A stretch of 64,000 bases of DNA. Source: a virus. The notes under the pieces were generated by a model. The model saw nothing but the letters and a program-made list of their open reading frames with translations, was not told where the DNA came from and searched no databases. The position numbers and the translations under genes are program-made. Every line of letters begins with the position of its first letter. Position 1 is the stretch's first letter. Positions 1 through 10,290 of this stretch are shown here, piece after piece. The DNA lies in the IMG/VR virus record IMGVR_UViG_3300009181_007093. The stretch is one strand, 5' to 3'.

Positions 1-228
1 CCTTTGTTTAGTAGTCCAATTAAAAGAATTCCAACACAGAAACTTAAAGTATCAGACAAAAAGTCAGTTGCTACCGTTAACTCCGAAATCCCTATTTTGT
101 AGTGCCCTTGCTTCTATAGCTATGAATCAATGGTTTTTTGATTCTAAACTTAGCAGGAGTTATACGGGTCGGTGCAACTATCTCCGGCGATCCTAACATG
201 CACTTAAAAAAGTGAAAAAAATACTTAA

Positions 229-831
229 TCATTTTGGATCGATTATATTAGAAAAGAGTGAGGATATAAATAGTAATATTGACTTATTCTTTTCTTCAAT
301 AGTCATGGATGCGTTCTCAATAATCAAATCAAAATTAGACCAGTCATATGATGATTTGTCTAAAGAGCTTTCGCTGGTAGATTTCGAGTTAAATGGGTCT
401 AAATCTAACCTTATATTATATCCACCACACTTTTTGATCGCCTCTACCTCATTTGGGAATCTACAATCAGAAATAATAGCTAAGTCTAGATTTTCTTTTT
501 TAATCTTATTAATTGTGGCGTCCACCCACACATTGTTTTTTAATGCTCTAAATACTTTTGTTCCAATAATCTCCATAGATTCTCGAGCAGTTAATTGTAC
601 TCCATCCCAACAAATATCCGTCATTGTATTTTTATCATCGTCGGTACCATAACATTGGTCATAAGATAACCCCAATATATTGATACAAATATCCTGTTTT
701 AAAGGATCTGCAAAACTGTACACTTTGCAAGAAAAATTAAAACTATTTTTCTCCATAAAAGACATAATATAATCGGCAGACGAGCTTTTGCCAGATTGCT
801 TGCGTCCAGAAAGTCCTATGATTACAGTCAT
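229..831 (-). CDS. deoxynucleoside monophosphate kinase (T4 gp1-like)
   Basis: N-terminal P-loop GLSGRKQSGKS, SFADPLK, W..ATI and ISDCRFPNE motifs typical of phage dNMP kinases. Confidence 0.9.
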   Translation of the reverse strand: MTVIIGLSGRKQSGKSSSADYIMSFMEKNSFNFSCKVYSFADPLKQDICINILGLSYDQCYGTDDDKNTMTDICWDGVQLTARESMEIIGTKVFRALKNNVWVDATINKIKKENLDLAIISDCRFPNEVEAIKKCGGYNIRLDLDPFNSKSTSESSLDKSSYDWSNFDLIIENASMTIEEKNKSILLFISSLFSNIIDPK

Positions 832-981
832 GTATCTGTCTATTTCTGTAGAAAAATTTATTCCTCAAGTTATTGAGGTTTCGTTTAATCCAGTGAAGCA
901 CACTCTACTATTTTAGCACAATATTTTCAAAAGCATAGCAAAAACAAAAAATCATGTCAATACTGTAAATAGAAAGATAAC

Positions 982-1257
982 ATGTCTAAAAAAATAGAAC
1001 CTATATGCAAAAATTGCTTGTTATATGACGGCAATAAAAAACAATGTAAAGTTGCTATTTTGGTAGAAGGTACCGAGTACCATTTGCCTGTTAGTCCCAA
1101 TGATAAATGCCACATGGAAGAACTTGGAATAGAAGTCGAGCAAGTACGTTGGTGGGTAGAAGACTCTGAAGGAAAGCCAACGAATAAAAAAGGAATTGTA
1201 AAAATTGAATATCCAAAAAATTTCTTTGGTTATGGAAAGAATATAAATGTCATGTGA
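982..1257 (+). CDS. hypothetical protein with CxxC (possible Zn binding)
   Basis: 91-aa ORF with CKNC, preceded by TAAATA motif; overlaps start of next gene. Confidence 0.7.
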   Translation: MSKKIEPICKNCLLYDGNKKQCKVAILVEGTEYHLPVSPNDKCHMEELGIEVEQVRWWVEDSEGKPTNKKGIVKIEYPKNFFGYGKNINVM

Positions 1258-4024
1258 GCCACCATATGATTGTCCGGCTGCTACAGGATCAGGAACCTGG
1301 TGTGATATTCCTTGCTGCCACTGCTGCCCACCTTGTCCATGTCACACCAGTGCCACATTCACATATGCTGCTGGCTCATTGCGATCAGATCAGTTGAATA
1401 CTGGTGCCTGCTGTATAACCTCCCAAGATTATGGTCCATGCTACCATATTGTAGCAATGAGTGGGCATGGCTTATCACAGTGGGCTAACGGTGCGGCTCC
1501 CGCCTCATTAGGAGGATACGCATCCGTTCCGGGATGGTATGGTAACTATTACAAGTTAATTGCAGGCACCACTTCAGGCAGTTGCATGGGCTCGCAACCA
1601 ACTATGGATACTACCGATACTGATGCACAGATGAACTCGATGTTTCAGGATGCTATTGTCATTAATGGGTCGGCCTACGGCACGACATCTCCGTATGGCA
1701 TGACTAACCCCCCTGATCAGTCGTATTTACATTGCTTTGAATTCGTTGATAATTTTGGAGTGGATGTTTGCGGGGGAGCACCATATGATCCAGTGTATGT
1801 CACAAGCTGTAGCACTGATTACTCTGAGGGCGAATGTGCCGCTGCAAGTGGGACTTACACACCAAATGCAAGCTGCTTCTCCACAGAACAAGCAGGAGAA
1901 GACGAAGATACAGGATGTGTATGCTTGCCACAACGAACACCTATTGTTGTCGACTGCAATAATCCTTCTCCTGAAGGAAATGTTGGCGTTGAATTTACTG
2001 GTTCTGGAAGTGCCGATGATCTTGCTAATTGGGCAGATAAAAATGGTTCACCAGCAGTATATTTACCAGGACAAGGAGATTCAATAACAATTTCTGGCTC
2101 TATGACAACCGTTTCTGGACTACACATGCTAAGTGTAAAGACTTTTTCTACTGTTATTGTAACCGCCACCGGTAATATGGGAATTGACATGAAGTGCTCG
2201 GATAAAGCAACTATTTGGGGCACAATAAGTGGGAATCTTGATGTTTACACACTCTGTACTTTCAAGGTAACAGGACACATCAGTTCAACTGGCGTCTTAA
2301 CAACACAGAACGCTCGCTTTTATAATGATAGCTATAATGATGGAAAAATATTCGGTAAGCATGGTGGTGGAAGCTTTGATACAGTATTTTATGATAGCAG
2401 TCAAAATAATGGAGATATTGTTGGAAATTGGTACAGTCCCATAATTAATCCTTCGAAAGGCAATGTATCATTCAGTACGACGAGCACTTCAGACATGAGC
2501 CTTTCTAAGGGTAAAAATGGTCCAACTGGAAGGATATGGCTACCATGTACATTCTATGGCAACGCTAAAAATGAAGGAATTATAGTCAACAGAGGTGACG
2601 GCATAAATACTGTACCTGTAACTACATTCAAGCAATATGCAAAAAATACCGGAACAATTTGGGGCGGCGAAGTCGAAAACGCTTTTCCTGGTACTGTATT
2701 CGACGGATCTCGACGAGTAGCGACTCCTAATCGTTCAATAAACAAAGGAACAATTTACGGATCTGTTGAATTCTTAGGTGGAGAGGGAAATGGAGATACA
2801 GGAACGGTTTTTGGAAAAGCTAGGTTCTATACTGGATCAAGCAATTCTGGAGTTGTAAAAGGGTATAATTATAATTACTTGCACCTCAATGAATTTCCAT
2901 TACCGAACTTAGTTGCAATCGATCCAGATGGACAGTATACCCATGACGCGAATACCAAATACTCATCGACCTTCTATGCAGGATCACTAGCTCAAGGCAC
3001 TACTTTCGGGCTCAGACGAGGCGGAGAATATAGACAATTCGCACCAGCCTTTTCGGTGGGCAATCCCGAGGGCGTTAGTTCAGAAACCGTTTATACGACC
3101 GAACCTTCTGATGCACTTTCAGAGCCAACTCCTCCTGTTCCTCCTGAGCCTCCGGAAGGAATATTTGATATGCGTTTTTTACCATATCCAAAAGAAATAA
3201 ATCATACACAACAAAACAAACCTTTAATACATTTTTCTACTTGCGTTGAAGGAGGCTGTTCAGGATGGGTAGCATCAAATGGAAAATGCATTAAAACAGA
3301 ATCTTCTGTTGCTGGCACCCTTGTTTATAGGGATGTTACAAGTTGTTTATGCAATTCATACCAAGATGTATATGCTTGCAAAGAAATGGCAAAGAAAAAC
3401 TTATATCCAAGTTTATCATCAGAATTTCCAAAGTTTAATTATGATCTTTCAAAAGACTTTACACTAAATGTAGACGATAACGCATATAAAGACGATGAAG
3501 GAAATACCATGAGCGTTTTAACTTATTCCTGTTCTGTGCCCTGTGAAGAAGTTGTTGTAACTTTAGAATTTACTGGTTGTTGTATGGCAAATCTTGAAAT
3601 ACTAGGTTCTACAACTGCAGATTGGTCAGAAGGACGCCCAGTGTTTGCACGTGAAGTTCATTTTATTGCAATAGGAGATGGTACGGTTTCAGTAGAAAAT
3701 GATGAAGATGGTCCATGCAAGACCATATGCAATGGTTGGGTATTTTTAATAAGTATAAATGGTGCTGCTTCGGTACATACAAATTCAGCGGCTGTAGTAA
3801 ATTGTGATTCTGTGGTGGTGTCATGGATTCCACCAGCTCCAGTTTCTTGTTGTCTTCACTGTTTAGTTGATTATTCATTTACTAGTTTACCTGCTTGCGA
3901 AAATGTTGTTTCTGTAGCTGGTATACGTCGTAAAAATAAAAAAACTATAAGCAAAAAGAAACTAATCAAAAAAATAAAAGATCAAACGAACAAAAATAGA
4001 GTCAAAAAGAAGCGGAATCTTTAA
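1247..4024 (+). CDS. Cys-rich, beta-helix-containing probable virion/fibre protein
   Basis: 925 aa; Cys-rich N- and C-terminal regions; central N/G-rich repeats (F.dsS.N.G.i.G) like the ORF at the window end; Lys-rich tail. Confidence 0.6.
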   Translation: MSCEPPYDCPAATGSGTWCDIPCCHCCPPCPCHTSATFTYAAGSLRSDQLNTGACCITSQDYGPCYHIVAMSGHGLSQWANGAAPASLGGYASVPGWYGNYYKLIAGTTSGSCMGSQPTMDTTDTDAQMNSMFQDAIVINGSAYGTTSPYGMTNPPDQSYLHCFEFVDNFGVDVCGGAPYDPVYVTSCSTDYSEGECAAASGTYTPNASCFSTEQAGEDEDTGCVCLPQRTPIVVDCNNPSPEGNVGVEFTGSGSADDLANWADKNGSPAVYLPGQGDSITISGSMTTVSGLHMLSVKTFSTVIVTATGNMGIDMKCSDKATIWGTISGNLDVYTLCTFKVTGHISSTGVLTTQNARFYNDSYNDGKIFGKHGGGSFDTVFYDSSQNNGDIVGNWYSPIINPSKGNVSFSTTSTSDMSLSKGKNGPTGRIWLPCTFYGNAKNEGIIVNRGDGINTVPVTTFKQYAKNTGTIWGGEVENAFPGTVFDGSRRVATPNRSINKGTIYGSVEFLGGEGNGDTGTVFGKARFYTGSSNSGVVKGYNYNYLHLNEFPLPNLVAIDPDGQYTHDANTKYSSTFYAGSLAQGTTFGLRRGGEYRQFAPAFSVGNPEGVSSETVYTTEPSDALSEPTPPVPPEPPEGIFDMRFLPYPKEINHTQQNKPLIHFSTCVEGGCSGWVASNGKCIKTESSVAGTLVYRDVTSCLCNSYQDVYACKEMAKKNLYPSLSSEFPKFNYDLSKDFTLNVDDNAYKDDEGNTMSVLTYSCSVPCEEVVVTLEFTGCCMANLEILGSTTADWSEGRPVFAREVHFIAIGDGTVSVENDEDGPCKTICNGWVFLISINGAASVHTNSAAVVNCDSVVVSWIPPAPVSCCLHCLVDYSFTSLPACENVVSVAGIRRKNKKTISKKKLIKKIKDQTNKNRVKKKRNL

Positions 4025-6929
4025 TTGCTTGTTCAACTAGTTCCATTTTCATATTTAAAAGTTTTTTTAGTTTATCTTTATCGCATAAAGAAAATGATTT
4101 TGCATCTTTAATTCCAGCTTCATATAATTTTGTTGCTCTTACTTTGCCTATATTTGGTATGCTACATAAATTTATTAGGTGCACTGGAACACCATATACA
4201 ATTTTTCCTTCTATTTCTTTCATCCATGATATTTTTCCCCATTTACCTCCAAATGTATCCAACGATTGAATTACTTGTGAAACACGATTAAACTCAAGTT
4301 GTATATTTCTTTGGAAAGAAGCGAACACAGGATTATTTCTCCCCTGCATAAGGTTGAAATAACAAAATCCAACTTTACAAGATCCTTCTGTAATAAACTT
4401 ATTCGTTTTATTTCTTAACACTTTCGTTCTATAAGCACTCATTGCATCTTTTTCTGCTCTAGAAACGATATTGTTTCTAGCGGAATCTGTGTTCGCTAAA
4501 GCCATAGAAACAAAATAATCATCATCTTGCTTTTGATTGTCAAAGATAAACTTCAAATTAAAAAATAAATCGGACGCATCAAATGGTGAATAATAAAACA
4601 TACTTGCCACTTTACCTATTGCTCTTGCATACCACACATCATTTTCTGAGCCTATAGCCCCACATTTAGTAAGGGATGTCAAAGTATCGTCTATAGACTT
4701 TTCATTTAATTGATTGCTTTGAAAATACGCCAAAGATCTTTTATACCACCGATAAATGTCTTCTGTATTTTTCACATATCCATGATGTATTTCGCTCACT
4801 AGGTGGAACGCTAAATTTTTATAATATGGTCCTGTTTTATTTAAAAGTTGCGATTCTATTTTAGATGGTTTTTGAAGTTCGGCTTTACACTCTAGCTGTT
4901 CACTTTCTGGTATAAGAACGTATGCATCTCCCATTGGATCTATTCCAAGCCTGCCAGATCTTCCTACCATTTGAGATATATCATATGATGCAATCTTTTC
5001 ATTTGCTCTATTAACGCCTAAAACAATCACTCGTCTTGCCGGTAAATTACAGTTGTGAGATATTGCTCCACATCCTACATAGGCATGTGGACTATCAACC
5101 TCAATCTCCTTGAAAAGACCGCCGGAACACTTCCTAACCTCCTTTATCCTCGACCAGAAATATGGTTTGCCGACCAGATATTTAGGATTATCCGATGGAT
5201 TTGACAACAAGTACGAGTAAACCCTTGCACACTTTTCGGGACAATTGAATCCCACCCGACTCATAAAAAGATCAAGATTCTTCGATCCAAAAATGCGTAG
5301 CCTGTAAATATACTTTCTCGCTGGCATTAGAATCTTGCCACTGAGCGTAGACGGCATCATTCTTTTGCGTGCGTAAGAAGACATTATGCCGAAACCAAGA
5401 AGAGCGGTACGGACAGACTGAATCATCTTCTCGCTTATGTTACAAATACCGACAGAAACTTTTCCGTTAGAATGGTCTTTGGATCCGCCATTAGCATCGA
5501 AAAGCCCCCTCAAGAAGCTTCTCATAATGAGCTGTTTGTCGTAAATCTCATGAGGAATATCGTCACATCCATTTTTTCTTTCAATGCAACCGTCTCCGAA
5601 AGCGAAACCTGCCAAATACCAGAATCGGTCAACGTCTGAAATCTCTTTTGTCCACAAGCCAAAATCGGATGGCACAGCAATAAAATCGCCTTTAGAAAGA
5701 GATGACACTTCATTCCAATCTGGAGCCTTCCTTCCTTCCGCCGCCAAAAAGACATGATCTTCAGACACAGTCATCGTGTCACCGCACTCGAGTTTAACAA
5801 AATATCCACGTTCAGACTCAAAAGTCTCCTGCCTGATAACTTTCCTAGGTTCGAAGCCGTTGTTGACTGGACAAAGCAGTTCGTCGCCAACCGAAATATC
5901 GGCAACGTCCATCATCGATCCGTTAGGAAGAACCACACGACTGCCGTGCTTATAACAACCCCATGCAAGTGTGCTGGTAGCGACTATGACTCTAGGTTCT
6001 TTATCGTTTTTAAACCTATTCTCTAAGCTAATTCTTGCACTTTTGGCAAGATCAGCACTATGAAACTCTGCTTTTATTCCTGATTTTATCAGGGTGTTTT
6101 TCATTAATTCGCCAGTTTTTTTAGTATGTGAGAATATTAAAAACTTGTCTTCTGTATAATATTCTACTATTTCGAGAGCATTATTAACTTTTTCTTTTTC
6201 AATAATATCATAGCTTTTTACTTTATCTGAATATATTTCATAATGTGTTGTTAGCGGTACTGGTCTAAAGGTAGAATTTAAAACAAACGTTTTTCTTTTG
6301 GTAAGACCATAAGAAATCCAACTGGCAATTTCTTCTACGTTTGGCATAGTAGCAGAAAGAAGAATGATTCTTGCTTTGCTGTTGATTTCTGTAAACTTCA
6401 TCAATCCAACTTCAAGATGATCGCCACGGCCTGGAACAGTGAGCAAATGAGCTTCGTCAACAATCAATGTGCCAATTTCTCTTAAGAATGCATTTTGATC
6501 AGACGTATAGTTTCTGCTTCTATGTGACAACATTTCGCTTGTCATAATTATCAAATTTGATTCATTTAATTCTTTTGTTCTATCTTTGGTAATTCTGTAG
6601 TCACCTGTACATATAGAAACATTTAGATCTTTAAAATGATAATTAGGATCTGTCCATTGGTCTATTTTTTCTTGTGCTAATGCCCTCATTGGCACAAGAT
6701 ACATTCCCTTGCCGCCTCTTTTTCTTATCTCATAACTTAAAAACTGCTCTGCCACAACGGTTTTTCCGCTACTGGTAGATGCTGCGATCAATCCGTTGAC
6801 CTCTTTATCGTAAAAATCCATCATGCTGCTTTGAACACAATTAAATTTCTCAAATTTCCAATTTGCATATGGATATTCGCTTGTGTTAATTAGTTCGGTC
6901 TTATCTACAGCTTTAATAAGCGGAGGCAT
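4002..6929 (-). CDS. Ski2/Hel308-like SF2 helicase containing an intein
   Basis: ASTSSGKT (motif I), DEAH (II), LSAT (III), ATSTLAWG/CNLPA (V, interrupted), QMVGRSGR (VI), C-terminal HhH IPNIGKVRA. Confidence 0.9.
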   Translation of the reverse strand: MPPLIKAVDKTELINTSEYPYANWKFEKFNCVQSSMMDFYDKEVNGLIAASTSSGKTVVAEQFLSYEIRKRGGKGMYLVPMRALAQEKIDQWTDPNYHFKDLNVSICTGDYRITKDRTKELNESNLIIMTSEMLSHRSRNYTSDQNAFLREIGTLIVDEAHLLTVPGRGDHLEVGLMKFTEINSKARIILLSATMPNVEEIASWISYGLTKRKTFVLNSTFRPVPLTTHYEIYSDKVKSYDIIEKEKVNNALEIVEYYTEDKFLIFSHTKKTGELMKNTLIKSGIKAEFHSADLAKSARISLENRFKNDKEPRVIVATSTLAWGCYKHGSRVVLPNGSMMDVADISVGDELLCPVNNGFEPRKVIRQETFESERGYFVKLECGDTMTVSEDHVFLAAEGRKAPDWNEVSSLSKGDFIAVPSDFGLWTKEISDVDRFWYLAGFAFGDGCIERKNGCDDIPHEIYDKQLIMRSFLRGLFDANGGSKDHSNGKVSVGICNISEKMIQSVRTALLGFGIMSSYARKRMMPSTLSGKILMPARKYIYRLRIFGSKNLDLFMSRVGFNCPEKCARVYSYLLSNPSDNPKYLVGKPYFWSRIKEVRKCSGGLFKEIEVDSPHAYVGCGAISHNCNLPARRVIVLGVNRANEKIASYDISQMVGRSGRLGIDPMGDAYVLIPESEQLECKAELQKPSKIESQLLNKTGPYYKNLAFHLVSEIHHGYVKNTEDIYRWYKRSLAYFQSNQLNEKSIDDTLTSLTKCGAIGSENDVWYARAIGKVASMFYYSPFDASDLFFNLKFIFDNQKQDDDYFVSMALANTDSARNNIVSRAEKDAMSAYRTKVLRNKTNKFITEGSCKVGFCYFNLMQGRNNPVFASFQRNIQLEFNRVSQVIQSLDTFGGKWGKISWMKEIEGKIVYGVPVHLINLCSIPNIGKVRATKLYEAGIKDAKSFSLCDKDKLKKLLNMKMELVEQAIKDSASF
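5052..5957 (-). mobile_element. cis intein (302 aa) with degenerate LAGLIDADG endonuclease in helicase motif V
   Basis: Starts CYKHGSRV; block B TVSEDH; LAGFAFGDG and FLRGLFDANG; ends ISHN followed by Cys; visibly GC-richer than flanks. Confidence 0.9.
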
Positions 6930-6992
6930 ATTTACCTGTACCGGCAGAGGGCAATTGCTTAGTTTATGAAACTAGCAGACAAAGAATTTTCT

Positions 6993-7250
6993 TCAAGCGG
7001 CAGACTGTCTAGCTGTTATTTCTTTTTCAATAGAAAAATGAACAGAATCTAGCATATCATAAAACTCTTTGGAAGACGATGCCGAAGACAACCATTTATC
7101 TATCTCCTTCGTTTCTCCTAAAAAAATTAAAGCGTCATCTATGTCCCCTTGAAATTTTTGTGAAAACCTTTGGGAAATGAACTTAAATTGGTCTTCCGAA
7201 AGACGCTTGCAGTAATCTCTTAAATATAGATCAATTGTTTTTTTAGCCAT
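6993..7250 (-). CDS. hypothetical protein
   Basis: 85-aa ORF with AAGGA RBS upstream. Confidence 0.7.
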   Translation of the reverse strand: MAKKTIDLYLRDYCKRLSEDQFKFISQRFSQKFQGDIDDALIFLGETKEIDKWLSSASSSKEFYDMLDSVHFSIEKEITARQSAA

Positions 7251-7420
7251 TATTTAATCCTTGAATATAGTATGAACTAAAGCGAATAACAGGTCGTTCC
7301 GACCTTTCTTAATATTAATATAGCGTACAAGATAAAATTTTAAAAGAAAAATAATTTTCAAATAACTAAAAACTTTTCAAAGATAACTAAATAATATTAC
7401 TACTCCTTCAATGAGGAAAA

Positions 7421-7891
7421 ATGTTAAGAAAAGAACCAAAACTTAATGACGTTATTTCAAATATGAAGTCTTTAGGAAAAATGTTAATTCCTTATAATTA
7501 TCCGCAAACGCCTTTTTCAGAGGATGATAGATTAGATATTTTTAAAGAAAGAGAAATAGTAGTTGATGGATATTCTATTATTGTGAACTATCAACAATCG
7601 GACTACAACACATATTTACTTAAAACTTTACAGATATACAACAGGGTAGGATATTTACTTCCATTTAATTTTATTATAAAAGTAGTAAAAAAGTTTTTGG
7701 GTGCTGATCACTTGGTTTTAGTAGAAATTACTAAAGAAGATGTACAAATTTATTGCTGGTCTTTGGCATGCGACTACGAAAACAAAGCTATTAAAATGCC
7801 ATATTGTGAGGATTGTGATGATTGTGATGAACGGATTTTTGAAGGCACTCATTACATGCATATAAATGCATCGAATGTTTTTTTCTATTGA
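7421..7891 (+). CDS. hypothetical protein
   Basis: 156-aa ORF; GAGG RBS; TAAATA motif upstream. Confidence 0.7.
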   Translation: MLRKEPKLNDVISNMKSLGKMLIPYNYPQTPFSEDDRLDIFKEREIVVDGYSIIVNYQQSDYNTYLLKTLQIYNRVGYLLPFNFIIKVVKKFLGADHLVLVEITKEDVQIYCWSLACDYENKAIKMPYCEDCDDCDERIFEGTHYMHINASNVFFY

Positions 7892-7947
7892 ACAACTATA
7901 TATGTTAAGGTCATAGTGACCGATACTTTTGCAAAAGGAGATTTAGT

Positions 7948-8187
7948 ATGGCAACATTTACAGTAGGTCTTGTGCCTGGTGATGTTAATGCGTACACAGA
8001 GAGTGGACTTGATACATCCGTTGTAAACGGACTTTCAAAGCAAAGAACTGTTAATATGATGATGACAAGTCTTGCCGGTGTTATGAAAATGACCGTGGCT
8101 CGAGTTGACGGCGGAACATTTACAGAGGCTGCTGATGGATCTACTCAGTACGGTAACGTAACCGGCTTAACCGGCGTGTCTGCGTAA
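7948..8187 (+). CDS. small protein, paralog 1 (possible virion/decoration protein)
   Basis: Strong AGGAG RBS; shares ESGLDTSVVxGxSKQRTVNMMMT with 8675..8902. Confidence 0.8.
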   Translation: MATFTVGLVPGDVNAYTESGLDTSVVNGLSKQRTVNMMMTSLAGVMKMTVARVDGGTFTEAADGSTQYGNVTGLTGVSA

Positions 8188-8211
8188 TTATAATTAATTC
8201 TATTATTAAGT

Positions 8212-8249
8212 AAAAAAGAATCGTCCTGTTAAAAGTTCGATTCTTTTTT
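8212..8249 (+). terminator. Rho-independent terminator
   Basis: aaaaaagaatcg-loop-cgattctttttt hairpin followed by T-run. Confidence 0.75.
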
Positions 8250-8302
8250 ATTTTTTTTTTAATATATATTGTGTTCCATTCCTTCTATAAAAGGAGCTTC
8301 AA

Positions 8303-8605
8303 ATGTCTTCTAAAGGCAAAATACAACATCTTCTTGTTGGGTATCTTCTTAAGTACGGTCAAATCGAATTGGCTCTTCCAGACGGTTTAATTTTAGAAAT
8401 CGGCGTTACACAAGAAGACGAAAAAGGCGGCTTCATTGTGAGAGAAGATTATTGTTGGGTTATTGCGACTCATAAAAATAGATCAGCATCATTAGACGCA
8501 TACAATCTTGGTGTAAGGTTTTCTGGTCCGGATAACAACTTAGTTTTAGAAGATAAATTCATTGATCAGTATGGAATAGAGGTCACGAGACTAGATGTTG
8601 TTTAA
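8303..8605 (+). CDS. hypothetical protein
   Basis: 100-aa ORF with AGGAG RBS. Confidence 0.75.
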   Translation: MSSKGKIQHLLVGYLLKYGQIELALPDGLILEIGVTQEDEKGGFIVREDYCWVIATHKNRSASLDAYNLGVRFSGPDNNLVLEDKFIDQYGIEVTRLDVV

Positions 8606-8674
8606 AATGTCAAAAAAGATACAATAAACACTATATACAATTAGTAGAATTCTACTTTTGCAAAGGAGATTTAA

Positions 8675-8902
8675 ATGGCAACTGTCACATATACACTTCA
8701 ATTGGTACCAAATTTGTTAAATTTTGCATCAGAAAGTGGTCTTGATACATCAGTTGTAGGCGGTGTTTCTAAACAAAGAACCGTCAACATGATGATGACA
8801 AAAAACGATACTGGCAATTACAAAATGACAGCATCGGTTGTAGATGCCGGTACTTTTACCGACACTCCACAAACATTCGCAGATGTAACAGGTATTAGTT
8901 GA
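8675..8902 (+). CDS. small protein, paralog 2
   Basis: AGGAG RBS; paralog of 7948..8187. Confidence 0.8.
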   Translation: MATVTYTLQLVPNLLNFASESGLDTSVVGGVSKQRTVNMMMTKNDTGNYKMTASVVDAGTFTDTPQTFADVTGIS

Positions 8903-8921
8903 TTAAACTTGTAAATCGGTG

Positions 8922-8965
8922 AAAAAAAAGAATCGATCTGTAAAAAGATCGATTCTTTTATTTTT
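8922..8965. terminator. bidirectional Rho-independent terminator
   Basis: 14-bp perfect stem aaaagaatcgatct/agatcgattctttt with A- and T-runs, between convergent genes. Confidence 0.8.
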
Positions 8966-8990
8966 AAATCGAGATAATACTCAGTTAATT

Positions 8991-10217
8991 CTACGAATCC
9001 TCAGATTCTTCTTCTTCAACATCATCAACATCAAATTCGCCTATTGTATTCATTTCTACATCTTCCATCTGTTCTGGATGAAAATTAACCGCAGCCATGA
9101 ATGGTTCTAAATATTTTATCACTTCCTCTTCATTTTCTGCATCTATTAATGCTGGGCATTTTAAAAGAATATCAAGCGGAACATTATTAATAACTTGACT
9201 AGCTTTAAATTTTACTTCCTGCCCATTGCTCCAGTTTGGTTTTACAGCAAAGTTGCCTTTACTGCTTACTACGACTCTTTCAGCATCCATCAAACAAGAC
9301 AATAAACCACTTATTGGATTTACACCCAAATCAAAAAGAAGGCTTATATTTTCAGATTCAATAAATGGTCTGTGCGTCTTATTCTTAACATTTTTCATTT
9401 TTATGTTTATGCCTAAAATCTTTTTCTTTGTTTCAGTTATTTTTTTATCAATTTTCGTCTTTGCTGCTGTTTCAATTCTACAAGACGCATAAAAAGGCAA
9501 GGCTTGTCCACCACCCGCTGTGACCTTCGTTGGATGGAAAGTTCCAATCTTATCACGTGTCTGGTTAAGAATAATTACTGTAACATTATTCTTTTCCATA
9601 ACAGTATTTAACTTCCTAAACTCTCTAGAGCATATTTTTGCTCTTTCGCCTGGCTGTTCCCTTCCTCCTACTATAGCTTTAAACTGAGCAACAGAAAATT
9701 TTTCTGGAAGCTTTACCTCTTTGAGTTCTCTCGCTGATGGCGATACTCCGATAGAGTCATAGACGATAACAATGGGCTTATCTGCCCCGTACCTTTGACG
9801 AGACACATCTACAATTTTATATATTTTAGAAAAAACTTCTTCTAAAGATTCTGGTCTCAAGGTAACAAGTCTATTAAGATTGCAATGAGATGCCTTTTCT
9901 ACAAACTCTTGGTTTACAGAATTTTCGCAATCCATTAAGACTCCGATGCCATTCATTCTTTGGCAACCGAACAGAATATTGGAACCAATTAAACTCTTTG
10001 ATGAAGAGTTTGGTCCATATATCTCTGTTAGCTTTCCGCCTGGAACGCCGCCGCCAATAAATCGACCAGAGCAAATGTAGTTCAATGCTAAAGAGCCTGT
10101 GTCTACAAAATACTTAATGCTATCAACATTACTTAGAACATCCCCGCCAGTTTTATCAGCTAAATCCTTAAAGAAACTGTCGAAAGAATCATCGCCTTCA
10201 CATTTTTTCTTAGCCAT
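8991..10217 (-). CDS. uvsX: RecA/UvsX-like recombinase
   Basis: DTGSLALNY, GVPGGKLTEIYGPNSSSKS (variant Walker A), IVYDSI, ILNQTR, GGGQALPFYAS. Confidence 0.92.
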   Translation of the reverse strand: MAKKKCEGDDSFDSFFKDLADKTGGDVLSNVDSIKYFVDTGSLALNYICSGRFIGGGVPGGKLTEIYGPNSSSKSLIGSNILFGCQRMNGIGVLMDCENSVNQEFVEKASHCNLNRLVTLRPESLEEVFSKIYKIVDVSRQRYGADKPIVIVYDSIGVSPSARELKEVKLPEKFSVAQFKAIVGGREQPGERAKICSREFRKLNTVMEKNNVTVIILNQTRDKIGTFHPTKVTAGGGQALPFYASCRIETAAKTKIDKKITETKKKILGINIKMKNVKNKTHRPFIESENISLLFDLGVNPISGLLSCLMDAERVVVSSKGNFAVKPNWSNGQEVKFKASQVINNVPLDILLKCPALIDAENEEEVIKYLEPFMAAVNFHPEQMEDVEMNTIGEFDVDDVEEEESEDS

Positions 10218-10290
10218 TTTAACCTTTTAAGATGTAGAAACAGATCTTTTTTTAAGCCAGTTAGCCAAAACTAGGTTGCCTAATACTGAG

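Noticed and set aside
1-211. Possible structured RNA or gene end at the window start
   Set aside because: Some minus-strand stems and a plus-strand frame ending at 102 exist, but truncation prevents a call
212-652. 146-aa plus-strand ORF
   Set aside because: Antisense to the well-supported dNMP kinase
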